Assembly: GCA_028704555.1 (NCBI GenBank)
Contig: JAQWFD010000010.1
Coordinates: forward strand, 22,992-86,991
From: Desulfobacterales bacterium
Lineage (GTDB): Bacteria > Desulfobacterota > Desulfobacteria > Desulfobacterales > JAQWFD01
DNA length: 64,000 nucleotides
Direction of reading: 5' to 3'
Below are positions 40,101 through 49,030 of this stretch, piece by piece. The notes beneath the pieces were generated by a model. It had not been told where the DNA came from. It searched no databases and worked only from the letters and a program-made list of their open reading frames with translations. Each line of letters begins with the position of its first letter. Position 1 is the stretch's first letter. Position numbers and translations under genes: made by a program.

Positions 40101-41483
40101 ATGCACCTCACAAAATCCGCATTTCGAAAACTTCAGCATATTGTTGGGAAAGAATATTGCAGCAGAGAAAAAGAAGACCTGCTCTGCTATGCGTTTGATG
40201 CAACTGCCAGAACGTATCTGCCTGAAGCAGTGGTGTTTCCCGCAAATACCCGGGAAATATCCGCTGTCATGTCGCTTGCCAGCGTCGAAGGATTCTGCGT
40301 GGTTCCGAGAGGGGCCGGGTCCGGCATGACCGGAGGATCGCTTGCGGTCAGAGGCGGTATCGTTCTGGTGTTATCCCGTATGAACCGGATACTTCAAATC
40401 GATAAGGATAATCTGATTGCTCATGTCCAGCCGGGAGTTGTGACCGGAGAATTTCACAGAGCGGTTGAAAAGGAGGGTCTGTTTTATCCGCCCGATCCGT
40501 CCAGTTCAGAGATTTCAACACTGGGGGGAAACGTGGCGGAGTGTGCCGGTGGACCTCACGCGGTCAAATATGGGGTGACGCGGGACTATGTCCTGGGGTT
40601 TGAAGTGGTGCTTCCCACAGGCGAGGTAATTACCACAGGGGTCAAAACGGCCAAAGGCGTTGTCGGATATGATTTGACCCGCCTTTTTACCGGATCTGAG
40701 GGGACCCTGGGCATTATTACCCGAATGACGCTTCGCCTCCTTCCCCTGCCTCAGGCGGTCAGGACCATGACGGCGGTTTTTGACAGGATTGAAACCGCCG
40801 CTGAAACGGTGTCTGAAATCATCAGACGCTGTATTATTCCAAGGACCATTGAATACATGGACAATGCGTCCATACGCTGTGTTGAAAATTATCTGCACAT
40901 CGGGCTGCCTGTCGATGCAGAGGCGCTGCTCATCATTGAAGTGGATGGCAATGAAAATGAAGTGGACCGTGATATCAATGAGCTTCGGCATCTTTGCACC
41001 GCTTTGGGGGCCAGGAATGTCAGTGTGGCGCAAACCCGGGAGGAAGCCACTAAATTGTGGAAAGCCAGAAAGTCGATTTCTCCGGCGCTGTTTCGTTACG
41101 CTCCGGATAAGATCAATGAAGATATTGTGGTCCCGAGGAATAAATTGCCGGATATGGTCAATAAAATTAATGAGTTAAGAAATAAAACCGGGCTGACAAT
41201 GGTCAGCTTTGGCCATGCCGGGGATGGCAACATTCATTTCAATGTCATGTTGGATAAGCAGAACGCTGAAGAACTGAAAAAAGGCGAAGCCGCTGTCGAA
41301 GCGGTGTTCGATTATACCCTTGCGCTTGGTGGAACGATTTCGGGTGAGCATGGGGTGGGAATTACCAAGGCGCCATATGTGGCAAAAGAACTCGGGCGGG
41401 TTGAAATCGAGCTGATGAAAAAAATTAAGCGTGTTTTTGATCCCGGCCATATTTTAAATCCGGGAAAAATATTCCCGGATTAA
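40101..41483 (+). CDS. FAD-linked oxidase (GlcD / D-lactate dehydrogenase family)
   Basis: FAD-binding PCMH domain (VVPRGAGSGMTGG) and C-terminal GGTISGEHGVG. No glcE/glcF is adjacent. Confidence 0.8.
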   Translation: MHLTKSAFRKLQHIVGKEYCSREKEDLLCYAFDATARTYLPEAVVFPANTREISAVMSLASVEGFCVVPRGAGSGMTGGSLAVRGGIVLVLSRMNRILQIDKDNLIAHVQPGVVTGEFHRAVEKEGLFYPPDPSSSEISTLGGNVAECAGGPHAVKYGVTRDYVLGFEVVLPTGEVITTGVKTAKGVVGYDLTRLFTGSEGTLGIITRMTLRLLPLPQAVRTMTAVFDRIETAAETVSEIIRRCIIPRTIEYMDNASIRCVENYLHIGLPVDAEALLIIEVDGNENEVDRDINELRHLCTALGARNVSVAQTREEATKLWKARKSISPALFRYAPDKINEDIVVPRNKLPDMVNKINELRNKTGLTMVSFGHAGDGNIHFNVMLDKQNAEELKKGEAAVEAVFDYTLALGGTISGEHGVGITKAPYVAKELGRVEIELMKKIKRVFDPGHILNPGKIFPD

Positions 41484-41581
41484 GTTTATATGGTTCAGCC
41501 GCTTCTGGATGACAATCGAGTGGATTGAAAAATCAAGCCGTCCTGTGCGCAGGCAGCCAGCTTGTTCATGAAGCCGATGTT

Positions 41582-41782
41582 TTACTGGATGTTGTCAAAC
41601 ATGGCCTCGGATTCAATGATTTCCTCCAGCAGGTCAACGCGCATATTCTGATCATGCTCGATGGCGCAGCGAAGTTTTAAAGCGCAATACTTCCTGCAGA
41701 TCGTATCCTGCATGCTGAAGGTGCCGTAGCATCCGATATGATCGTTTAAGGTTTTTGAGATAACCGTAGGTTTTTTTTTCAT
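41582..41782 (-). CDS. small conserved-looking hypothetical protein (66 aa, 4 Cys)
   Basis: The ATG at 41782 is preceded by AAGGA, 13 nt downstream of the suhB stop. MKKKPTVISK...GCYGTF...CRKYCALKLRC. No family recognised. Confidence 0.4.
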   Translation of the reverse strand: MKKKPTVISKTLNDHIGCYGTFSMQDTICRKYCALKLRCAIEHDQNMRVDLLEEIIESEAMFDNIQ

Positions 41783-41795
41783 TTTCCGTCCTTTT

Positions 41796-42566
41796 CTAAA
41801 GTAATGCCAGCAGTTGCTTATGGATTTTTCCGTTAGTGGCCACAATTTCGTTTCTGTCCACCGTGAACGGAATGCCAGAAAAATCTGTAACAAAGGCCCC
41901 GGCTTCGCGGGCAATCAGTGTGCCGGCCGCCGTATCCCAGGCTTTCAGGTTTTGTTCCCAGAATCCTTCAAATCTTCCGCATGCCACAAAACAAAGATCC
42001 AAAGCGGCAGAGCCCATCCTTCGTACCCCTTGAGAGGCCTTGAGACAATTGGCAAACCGCTCTATAAGGCCGGGGAAGATGTCTTTCAGATTGTAAGGAA
42101 AACCGGTTACCAGCAGGCTGTCTTCAATCCCGCATGTGTCGGACACCCTGACGGGTCGGCCATTGAGCATTGCGCCGCGGCCCCGCAGGGCGGTAAACAG
42201 CTCTTCTGTCACGGGATTGAGCACAATGCCTGCCACAATATCGGCGCCGGAGGTACAAGCAATGGAAATGGCAAACTGTCCGAGCCGATGCGCATAGTTG
42301 GTTGTGCCGTCAAGCGGATCGATAATCCAGCGGACATCTGATTTTCCTTCGTTCATGCCGCTTTCTTCGGCCAGGATAGCATGATCGGGAAAGTGGGTTC
42401 TGATCGTTTTGATAATGGCCTGTTCTGAGCCAAGATCAGCTTCGGTAACCAGATCGATTGCCCCTTTTTTATGGATATGCGACAGGTTGCCGAAATGGGA
42501 CAGAAGAATCTCTGCCCCCTGACAGGCGGCTTCGACCCCGATTTTTTTTATTAAATCTAAATCCAT
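41796..42566 (-). CDS. suhB: inositol monophosphatase family protein
   Basis: ILAEESG, WIIDPLDGTTNY and WDTAAG motifs. Confidence 0.85.
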   Translation of the reverse strand: MDLDLIKKIGVEAACQGAEILLSHFGNLSHIHKKGAIDLVTEADLGSEQAIIKTIRTHFPDHAILAEESGMNEGKSDVRWIIDPLDGTTNYAHRLGQFAISIACTSGADIVAGIVLNPVTEELFTALRGRGAMLNGRPVRVSDTCGIEDSLLVTGFPYNLKDIFPGLIERFANCLKASQGVRRMGSAALDLCFVACGRFEGFWEQNLKAWDTAAGTLIAREAGAFVTDFSGIPFTVDRNEIVATNGKIHKQLLALL

Positions 42567-42705
42567 AAGTCTATCCTTTTACAAGCGATTTTCTATTCCT
42601 GTCAACCTTTAATGACATCAGGTGGGCGTTTTATCCGGAGAAGGTAGGCTTCACTTTGCGTAAGTGACAGTTATCATGAATATTACCACGCCAGCCAAAC
42701 CGGCC

Positions 42706-44364
42706 TCACTCGGTATTCGAGAATACGAGCGGCGGGTGTTGCAGACGGGATATAAACCACTGAAGTTTTTCAAGCAGAGGTGTTACCGTGGATGGATCTC
42801 TGGCAGAGACAGGTATCCCGCCAATCAGATGGATCAGACGATTGAGTGTCTGTGGATCCACCTGATCCTGCTTATTAAGCGCCCGGATTTGAGGAATATG
42901 CCCCAGGTTCAGATCTGAAAGCACTTTTTCCACAGATTCGATCTGGCTTTGAACCTGAGGGTTGCTGATATCGATGACATGGAGGAGCAGGTCGGCGCTT
43001 TCAAGTTCTTCCAGCGTTGCACGGAAGGCCACCATCAAGTCCTTTGGCAGATGTTTAATAAATCCAACCGTGTCGGTAATAATGACTTCGGTATCTTTCG
43101 GCAATTTCAGACGTCTGCTGGATGGGTCCAGTGTGGCAAACAGACGGCTTTCAGACAGGACATGGCTTTTGGTCAGGGTGTTTAACAGCGTTGATTTTCC
43201 GGCATTGGTATAGCCGATGATAGAAATTACAGGAAGCCGTCGTCTGTTTCTAAGGGCTTTTTGCTGCCTGCGATGTGCTTTGACCAGATCCAGTGCTTTT
43301 TCAAGCTGCTGAATGCGGTTCCGCACCCGCCTGCGGTTGATCTCCAGCTTGGTTTCACCGGGGCCGCGGCCCCCGATGCCACCGGTCAGCCGGGACATGG
43401 CCGTGTTTTTTTGTGTCAGCCGGGGCAGAAGATACTTGAGCTGAGCCAGTTCAACCTGGAGTTTTCCTTCTTTGGTCTGTGCTCTTTGTGCAAAAATATC
43501 CAGGATTAATTGTGTCCTGTCGATGACTTTTAATTCAATGTGGTCTGTAATGGATCGGATCTGTGACGGATTAAGCTCCTGATCGAAAACGATCAGGGTG
43601 GCTTCCCGTTGAAGCGCGGTGATGGCGACTTCCTGAAGTTTTCCAGAGCCTATCAGATACTTTGGGTCCACTTTGCTGCGCTGCTGCAGCACGGTCTGCA
43701 CCACATCAATTCCGCCGGAGCGTGCAAGCTGCGCAAGTTCGGCAAGAGATTCTACGGACATGGGTTTCGGAGCCGTAGAGACGCTGATCAGAAGCGCCCT
43801 TTCTCTGCCGGAATCGGCTGCATGCAGGGCGGTCTGCTGCGAGAGCTCATTTTCCAGAGCCAGGATTCGTGAAAGGCAGTCAATATCAAGATGCTGGGGA
43901 TCAAGAACCGGAAGCAGCTGACAAGGGTTTTCCCGCGATCCTTTTGGCAGAATGTGGGCGGTATGAATTTTTTCCGGCCGGCCGTCCGTCCCGACCGTAA
44001 TGGAGGCCATCATATCGAGTCTTAACAGGGCAAGATCGTTCAGGTCATCACGGGTGAGCACTTCCCGGTTCAAATGGGTGTGAATGCAGCGTATCCCCTT
44101 GAGGCGGGCAGGAGCGGCACTGTATTCGCTGGTGTGGGGAATGACGATGCGCTCAGCGTCCCCGACAATGACATGCGCGATTTTGCCGGATCGATCAATG
44201 AGAAGGCCAATCTGCCTGCCGATGTCCTTTGAAAGCAATGACAGATCCCGGCAGAGTTCAGGGGTGATCAGAAATTGTGGCGGGACGCGCCGCCGATAGA
44301 AATTTTCAAGTTTTTGGCTCTGGCTGGCCTTCAGACCTTTGATGTTACCAAAAAGCCGTTTCAT
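42706..44364 (-). CDS. hflX: GTPase HflX (with long N-terminal extension)
   Basis: G1 GYTNAGKSTLLN, G3 DTVGF, HflX N-domain with glycine-rich RLTGGIGGRGPGETKLE. 552 aa. Confidence 0.85.
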   Translation of the reverse strand: MKRLFGNIKGLKASQSQKLENFYRRRVPPQFLITPELCRDLSLLSKDIGRQIGLLIDRSGKIAHVIVGDAERIVIPHTSEYSAAPARLKGIRCIHTHLNREVLTRDDLNDLALLRLDMMASITVGTDGRPEKIHTAHILPKGSRENPCQLLPVLDPQHLDIDCLSRILALENELSQQTALHAADSGRERALLISVSTAPKPMSVESLAELAQLARSGGIDVVQTVLQQRSKVDPKYLIGSGKLQEVAITALQREATLIVFDQELNPSQIRSITDHIELKVIDRTQLILDIFAQRAQTKEGKLQVELAQLKYLLPRLTQKNTAMSRLTGGIGGRGPGETKLEINRRRVRNRIQQLEKALDLVKAHRRQQKALRNRRRLPVISIIGYTNAGKSTLLNTLTKSHVLSESRLFATLDPSSRRLKLPKDTEVIITDTVGFIKHLPKDLMVAFRATLEELESADLLLHVIDISNPQVQSQIESVEKVLSDLNLGHIPQIRALNKQDQVDPQTLNRLIHLIGGIPVSARDPSTVTPLLEKLQWFISRLQHPPLVFSNTE

Positions 44365-44552
44365 GATGTTGGATTACACCTTTTTGTAAGGATGGGTCGG
44401 TATAGAGAATTGAAGGCGGATATCTTTCCGGCGGCTTGACAGAGAGCACCGGCTGAGGCAGAAAAAAACAGTCGGCAGAAGGCGGCTGCCGGCGGAACGT
44501 AAAGCCGGCTCTGTCCGCAGTCTCCCTCCGCTGATGATCGGCTGCCTGAGAA

Positions 44553-45932
44553 TTAATGCATGTCAGGTATCCCATGATCCGATGCCAGCGACTCAAACCG
44601 GGTGTAGGTCTTTAAAAATGCCAGCGTTGCGGTGCCGATGGGGCCGTTTCTCTGTTTGGCTATGATGATTTCCGCTTTTCCATTATTCGGATTATCTTCT
44701 TTTTTGTTGTATACCTCATCCCGGTAAATAAACACGACCAGGTCAGCATCCTGCTCGAGGGCACCGGATTCTCTTAAATCCGACATCTGCGGGCGTTTAT
44801 CGCTGCGTTCTTCCAGCTTTCTGTTGAGCTGAGACAATCCGATAACCGGCACGCTGATTTCTTTGGCCAGTGCTTTCATCGATCTTGATATTTCAGAAAT
44901 TTCAAGATCCCTTCTGGATTCGACGGATTTTCTTCCCTGCATCAGCTGAAGGTAATCGATGATAATAAGACCGAGTCCTTTTTCCATTTTCAGCCGGCGG
45001 GCCTTGGCTCTGATTTCTATCGCCGTCAGGTCCGCCGAATCATCAATATAGATTGGTGCATCGGTTAATATGCTGGCGGCCTGTGTCAGTTTTTGCCAGT
45101 CATCCTTGCTGAAAAAACCGGTTCGAATTCGCGAGGAGTCGACTCGGGATTCCGCGCAGAGCAGACGCATGGAAAGCTGCTCCTTGGACATTTCGAGTGA
45201 GAATATGGCGGTAGGAACCTTTCCGTCAATTGCCGCGTTTCTGGCTATATTCAGTGCAAAAGCGGTTTTACCCATACTTGGCCGGGCGGCCAGGATAATC
45301 AGATCAGAATTCTGCAGACCTGAAGTCAGGTTGTCAAATTGTCGAAAGCCGGTTGCCACGCCGCTGATCAGCGATTTATTCCCCTGTCGCTCTTCAAGTT
45401 CGTCGATGTTGGATTCAATGATTTTTCCCAGGGAATAAAAGGACGGTCTGATTTTGTTTTCCGATATTTCAAATATCGAAGTTTCAGCATAGTCCAGCAC
45501 ATCATCGACATCACTGCTGTTTTCGAAACAGCGCCGGGTGATCAGGTTCGCTTTTTCGATCAGACGCCGCAGGCATGCTTTGTCGTGTATAATTTTTGCA
45601 TAATGCGGGGCGTTAACGGCAAGCGGAACGGAATCCATCAGCCATGCCAGATAGGCGGCCCCCCCTGTTTCTTCCAGTTGGGCTTTTTCACGGAGCAAGT
45701 TGGTGAGGGTGACCAGATCAACCGGCTCATTTTTTGAAAAGAGGTCAAGAACGGCTGAATAAATTTTTTGATGAGCTGATTTGTAAAAATCGTCCGGTGA
45801 CAGAATTTCAACGATATCCAGCAGCGAGCTGTTGTCGATCAGTAAAGAGCTGAGTATGGATTCTTCGGCCTCGATACTTTGTGGGGGCACTGTGAGGTTT
45901 TGCTGGTTTTTTTGGGATTGAATTCTGTTCAT
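44553..45932 (-). CDS. dnaB: replicative DNA helicase
   Basis: PPQSIEAEESILSSLL N-terminus, Walker A ARPSMGKTAFALNIA, and the IIDYLQLM motif. Confidence 0.95.
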   Translation of the reverse strand: MNRIQSQKNQQNLTVPPQSIEAEESILSSLLIDNSSLLDIVEILSPDDFYKSAHQKIYSAVLDLFSKNEPVDLVTLTNLLREKAQLEETGGAAYLAWLMDSVPLAVNAPHYAKIIHDKACLRRLIEKANLITRRCFENSSDVDDVLDYAETSIFEISENKIRPSFYSLGKIIESNIDELEERQGNKSLISGVATGFRQFDNLTSGLQNSDLIILAARPSMGKTAFALNIARNAAIDGKVPTAIFSLEMSKEQLSMRLLCAESRVDSSRIRTGFFSKDDWQKLTQAASILTDAPIYIDDSADLTAIEIRAKARRLKMEKGLGLIIIDYLQLMQGRKSVESRRDLEISEISRSMKALAKEISVPVIGLSQLNRKLEERSDKRPQMSDLRESGALEQDADLVVFIYRDEVYNKKEDNPNNGKAEIIIAKQRNGPIGTATLAFLKTYTRFESLASDHGIPDMH

Positions 45933-45966
45933 GGAGCTTCCGTGTTCGTGCGATAAAAATCAGGGG

Positions 45967-46117
45967 CCATGAACAATGCGACAGACAGTGTTCATCCGAA
46001 AATGGCTATTTTCCCCTGTGCGTCAGGCGAAGATTTTAATCCTTAAAATACACACATGTATTCCTGCGGTTAAAATCTTCGCCCTGCTTGAACTTGAAAA
46101 AACTTAGCCTATTTCTG
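45967..46117 (-). repeat. family-2 intergenic repeat, short copy (follows the rplI stop)
   Basis: Core 14-bp inverted repeat GGCGAAGATTTTAA ... TTAAAATCTTCGCC (46026-46083). The whole segment aligns in reverse complement to 51251-51435, including the flanking modules. Confidence 0.7.
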
Positions 46118-46155
46118 GGTGGACATTGTATACCTGTGCATGGCACCCGAAGAAG

Positions 46156-46611
46156 TTATTCGTTTGATTGCTCGGGGATGACTTCAACTGTAATCTCAGG
46201 CTCTATTCCTTGGTAAACGCGGATGGGGATTTTAAAAGTGCCGGTCTGTTTGATAGGTTCCGCAAGCAATATCATCTTTTTATCCACTTCAACGCCCTGG
46301 TCGGACAGCGCATCCATAATCTCTCTTATGGAAATGGAGCCATACAGCCGATCTTCATCACTGACTTTTGCGGTGATTTTACAGATGACACTTTCGAGTT
46401 TTTTAGCCATTTCCCCGGCAAATTCCCGCTCTTTAGCGATCTGGAGATCGAGCCTGGCTTTTTGCTGGAGAAATATATTGCGGTTCTGAGGGGTTGCCGC
46501 CACTGCTTTTTTTTGCGGTAACAGATAGTTGCGACCAAACCCATCTGACACGGTCACTTCGCTGCCGATAATGCCGAGAGATTCTATCGTTTCATTCAAG
46601 ATAACCTTCAT
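46156..46611 (-). CDS. rplI: 50S ribosomal protein L9
   Basis: MKVILNETIESLG...GFGRNYLLPQKKA is the canonical L9 N-terminus. Confidence 0.95.
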   Translation of the reverse strand: MKVILNETIESLGIIGSEVTVSDGFGRNYLLPQKKAVAATPQNRNIFLQQKARLDLQIAKEREFAGEMAKKLESVICKITAKVSDEDRLYGSISIREIMDALSDQGVEVDKKMILLAEPIKQTGTFKIPIRVYQGIEPEITVEVIPEQSNE

Positions 46612-46638
46612 TATTTTACCTCCACTAAAGAACAGTCT

Positions 46639-47592
46639 TTAGTTGTTTTTTGTAAATTGAATTTTACGGAAATTCAACCAGATGTCAAAAAATCCGAGTC
46701 CGATAACAAGAAGCAGCGCTACTTGCTCAAAAGCGATTACACAGTAACATAGGGTCCTGAGAATACGGGGAAACCGTTTTTTTTCAAAATAGAAGGATAC
46801 AATGGCTATGCCTTCCAGAAAATAGATGGACATGAGAATGATCAATCCATTTAAAGCAACCAGCGTAACGGTTTTCCCCGGAAAAAGTATCAGGATGCCG
46901 CATCCGATAACCGCCCAAACCAAACCCTCAGGGGCTTTCCATAAAGATAGGGGACCAAAGTCCGGGACATTGATTCCCTGAGACGTCAGAAGCGGTCTTG
47001 CCAGCAGCAGATTTGCCCATGACACTATCAGCGCCGAAACGACAATCAGCGCCGGAATGATTCTGACCAGAACATATCCGATGGCTTCTTTCGAGCTCGA
47101 AATCATATGGACACTTTCCTCTGGCAGGCCCATATTCTGATAAAACGCCAGCGTCAGCTCAAGATTTTTTGATACATAGTCCGAAACAAGCGCCAGAATG
47201 TCGGTATGGTAGATGTGGCCGAAAGCCATAAGCCCGGCCAGCCCTGCCAATCCCGTGATGCCACACGCATACCCGACGGTTTTTTCGATCGACAGATTCA
47301 TTCCCATCAGTTCGCTTAGCACATATCCAAGCAGGAGAAGCTCCGCATAGAATAATAAATCAAGTGTCAGTCCTCCTGCAAAAGCGCCCATGATCATCAA
47401 CGCCAGTATAGGGATGATCACTCCCGTGGTTCTGTCCAGCTTCGCACGGTAAAACAGTACCGGAAGCGGTGCCATCATAGAGCAGAAAAAGCCCAGAATC
47501 GGCATTGTCGCGGATATTGCAAAAAAAAAGAGAATAATCGCAACGCCGTTGATAATCGATTTTATGGTTTTTCCTGAATCGGTGTGAGGCAC
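46639..47592 (-). CDS. DUF2232 (YybS-like) integral membrane protein
   Basis: 317-aa polytopic membrane protein lying between rpsR and rplI, the position YybS-type proteins commonly occupy. Confidence 0.6.
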   Translation of the reverse strand: MPHTDSGKTIKSIINGVAIILFFFAISATMPILGFFCSMMAPLPVLFYRAKLDRTTGVIIPILALMIMGAFAGGLTLDLLFYAELLLLGYVLSELMGMNLSIEKTVGYACGITGLAGLAGLMAFGHIYHTDILALVSDYVSKNLELTLAFYQNMGLPEESVHMISSSKEAIGYVLVRIIPALIVVSALIVSWANLLLARPLLTSQGINVPDFGPLSLWKAPEGLVWAVIGCGILILFPGKTVTLVALNGLIILMSIYFLEGIAIVSFYFEKKRFPRILRTLCYCVIAFEQVALLLVIGLGFFDIWLNFRKIQFTKNN

Positions 47593-47638
47593 TATCCTCT
47601 TCTCCTCTGAGGCAGCCGCCTGCGTTTGTTATCCATTG

Positions 47639-47932
47639 TCAGCTTTGATGCTCAAGGGGGCCAACAAACGGCAGAAGTGCAATGGTTCTGGCGCGTTTGA
47701 TGGCCTGGTTCAAGACTCGTTGATGTTTTGCACAGGTGCCTGATATACGTCTGGGAATGATTTTGCCTCGTTCCGTAATAAAATATCTCAGGGTTCTTAT
47801 GTCCTTATAATCAATCACGATGCTTGTATCTGCACAGAATCGGCAGACTTTTCTTCTATGAAATACCCTTTTTTTCCTTCTTTTTCCGGTAAATTTTGAT
47901 GAACCTCTGGGCTCTTTCGCAGCAAACGCCAT
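47639..47932 (-). CDS. rpsR: 30S ribosomal protein S18
   Basis: [43 protein letters not shown]. The ATG at 47932 is 4 nt after the rpsF stop. The ORF-track start at 48028 runs into rpsF. Confidence 0.95.
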   Translation of the reverse strand: MAFAAKEPRGSSKFTGKRRKKRVFHRRKVCRFCADTSIVIDYKDIRTLRYFITERGKIIPRRISGTCAKHQRVLNQAIKRARTIALLPFVGPLEHQS

Positions 47933-47936
47933 TTGA

Positions 47937-48377
47937 TTACTCCTCCTCTTGATTTGTGTTGGTTTCAGCCTGGGCAGTGTCCTGCTCAGGTGTTTTCTCC
48001 GGTTCAGCAGTCTTGGAAGCGGCTTCATCAGCTACTTGCTTTCTGGCTTCTGATTCGGCGATTTCTTCCTTGATTTTTTCGATATTCGCATCCTCTTCCA
48101 GCACAATCGTCATAAATTTCAAGATGCGATCATCAATTCTGAAGAACCGTTCAATCTCGTCAACAAGTGGCCCTGCTCCGCAGTAGTTCAGGAGGATATA
48201 ATATCCGCGGGGTTTTTTTCTGATGGTATAGGCAAGTTTTCTGAGTCCCCATTCGTTCATTTCAACCAGGAATCCGTCCTGGCTCTCGATCAAGCCTTTG
48301 ACGCGTTCAATAATTGGCCCACGGCCGTCGTCCGAAAGATCCGGATCGATAATAAAAATAGTCTCGTACCTTCTCAT
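47937..48377 (-). CDS. rpsF: 30S ribosomal protein S6 (acidic C-terminal tail)
   Basis: [14 protein letters not shown]... Strong TAAGGAGGT RBS. Confidence 0.95.
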   Translation of the reverse strand: MRRYETIFIIDPDLSDDGRGPIIERVKGLIESQDGFLVEMNEWGLRKLAYTIRKKPRGYYILLNYCGAGPLVDEIERFFRIDDRILKFMTIVLEEDANIEKIKEEIAESEARKQVADEAASKTAEPEKTPEQDTAQAETNTNQEEE

Positions 48378-48761
48378 GAAACCTCCTTACGGGTTTAAAG
48401 CCCCGGATGAACCGGAGCAAGGATGAAGTAAAATAATTTATTTATAAAAATCTTTTATGTATCAATAATGTATTTTACATGTCAAATAAATATTATTTCA
48501 AACAAATTATCAGATGGCGCACGAACGAACCACCGGATTCTTTTTAGATTCAAGGTATGACAAATGTTACCCTCAGGAATGGATGTTGAGGGTGGCACGT
48601 AAGTTCCGTATTTCCAGGGAGATCGGCAGTGGGCGAAAAAAACGAACGGGGCTGTGCCAGACAGTCGGGGGGCCGAGAGTCCCCGCGCCTGTAGTAATCC
48701 GGATGGAGCAGCCGTGCCATCCGTCACCGCCATTGGAAACTGTCAATCAGGCTTCCGGAAT

Positions 48762-48795
48762 AAAAAAGGGGTAGCCTGAATGAAAGCTATCCCCT
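48762..48795 (-). terminator. rho-independent terminator downstream of tRNA-Lys(CTT)
   Basis: On the minus strand, AGGGGATAGC ... GCTACCCCT stem followed by TTTTTTA. Confidence 0.6.
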
Positions 48796-48802
48796 GAATG
48801 TC

Positions 48803-48879
48803 TGGTGGGCCGTGAAGGAATCGAACCTTCAACCTACTGATTAAGAGTCAGGTGCTCTGCCAGATTGAGCTAACGGCCC
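48803..48879 (-). tRNA. tRNA-Lys (anticodon CTT), CCA encoded
   Basis: Reverse complement GGGCCGTTAGCTCAATCTGGCAGAGCACCTGACTCTTAATCAGTAGGTTGAAGGTTCGATTCCTTCACGGCCCACCA. Acceptor GGGCCGT/ACGGCCC, anticodon loop CTCTTAA, T-loop TTCGATT. Confidence 0.9.
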
Positions 48880-49030
48880 TTCGTATAAATTGTCTGTTCT
48901 AAAAAACAAAATCAACCCTAACAAATGAGTATGTACTTGTCAATTTATTTTATGAAAATTTTTTTGGAAAATTGACCCGGAGGATGCCCGCTGAACCAGC
49001 GGGCTTGGAAAATCAGGTGGCCCTCAGGTA

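Noticed and set aside
48520-48765. Tried to identify the GC-rich noncoding block as SRP (4.5S) RNA, tmRNA, RNase P RNA, 6S RNA or a common riboswitch.
   Set aside because: AGCAGCC and CCGGAA motifs are present but in the wrong order and strand for the SRP helix 8 core. There is no tRNA-like 3' end, no GAGGAAAGUCC-type P4 sequence, and no riboswitch core I could match. It is left as an unexplained structured region.
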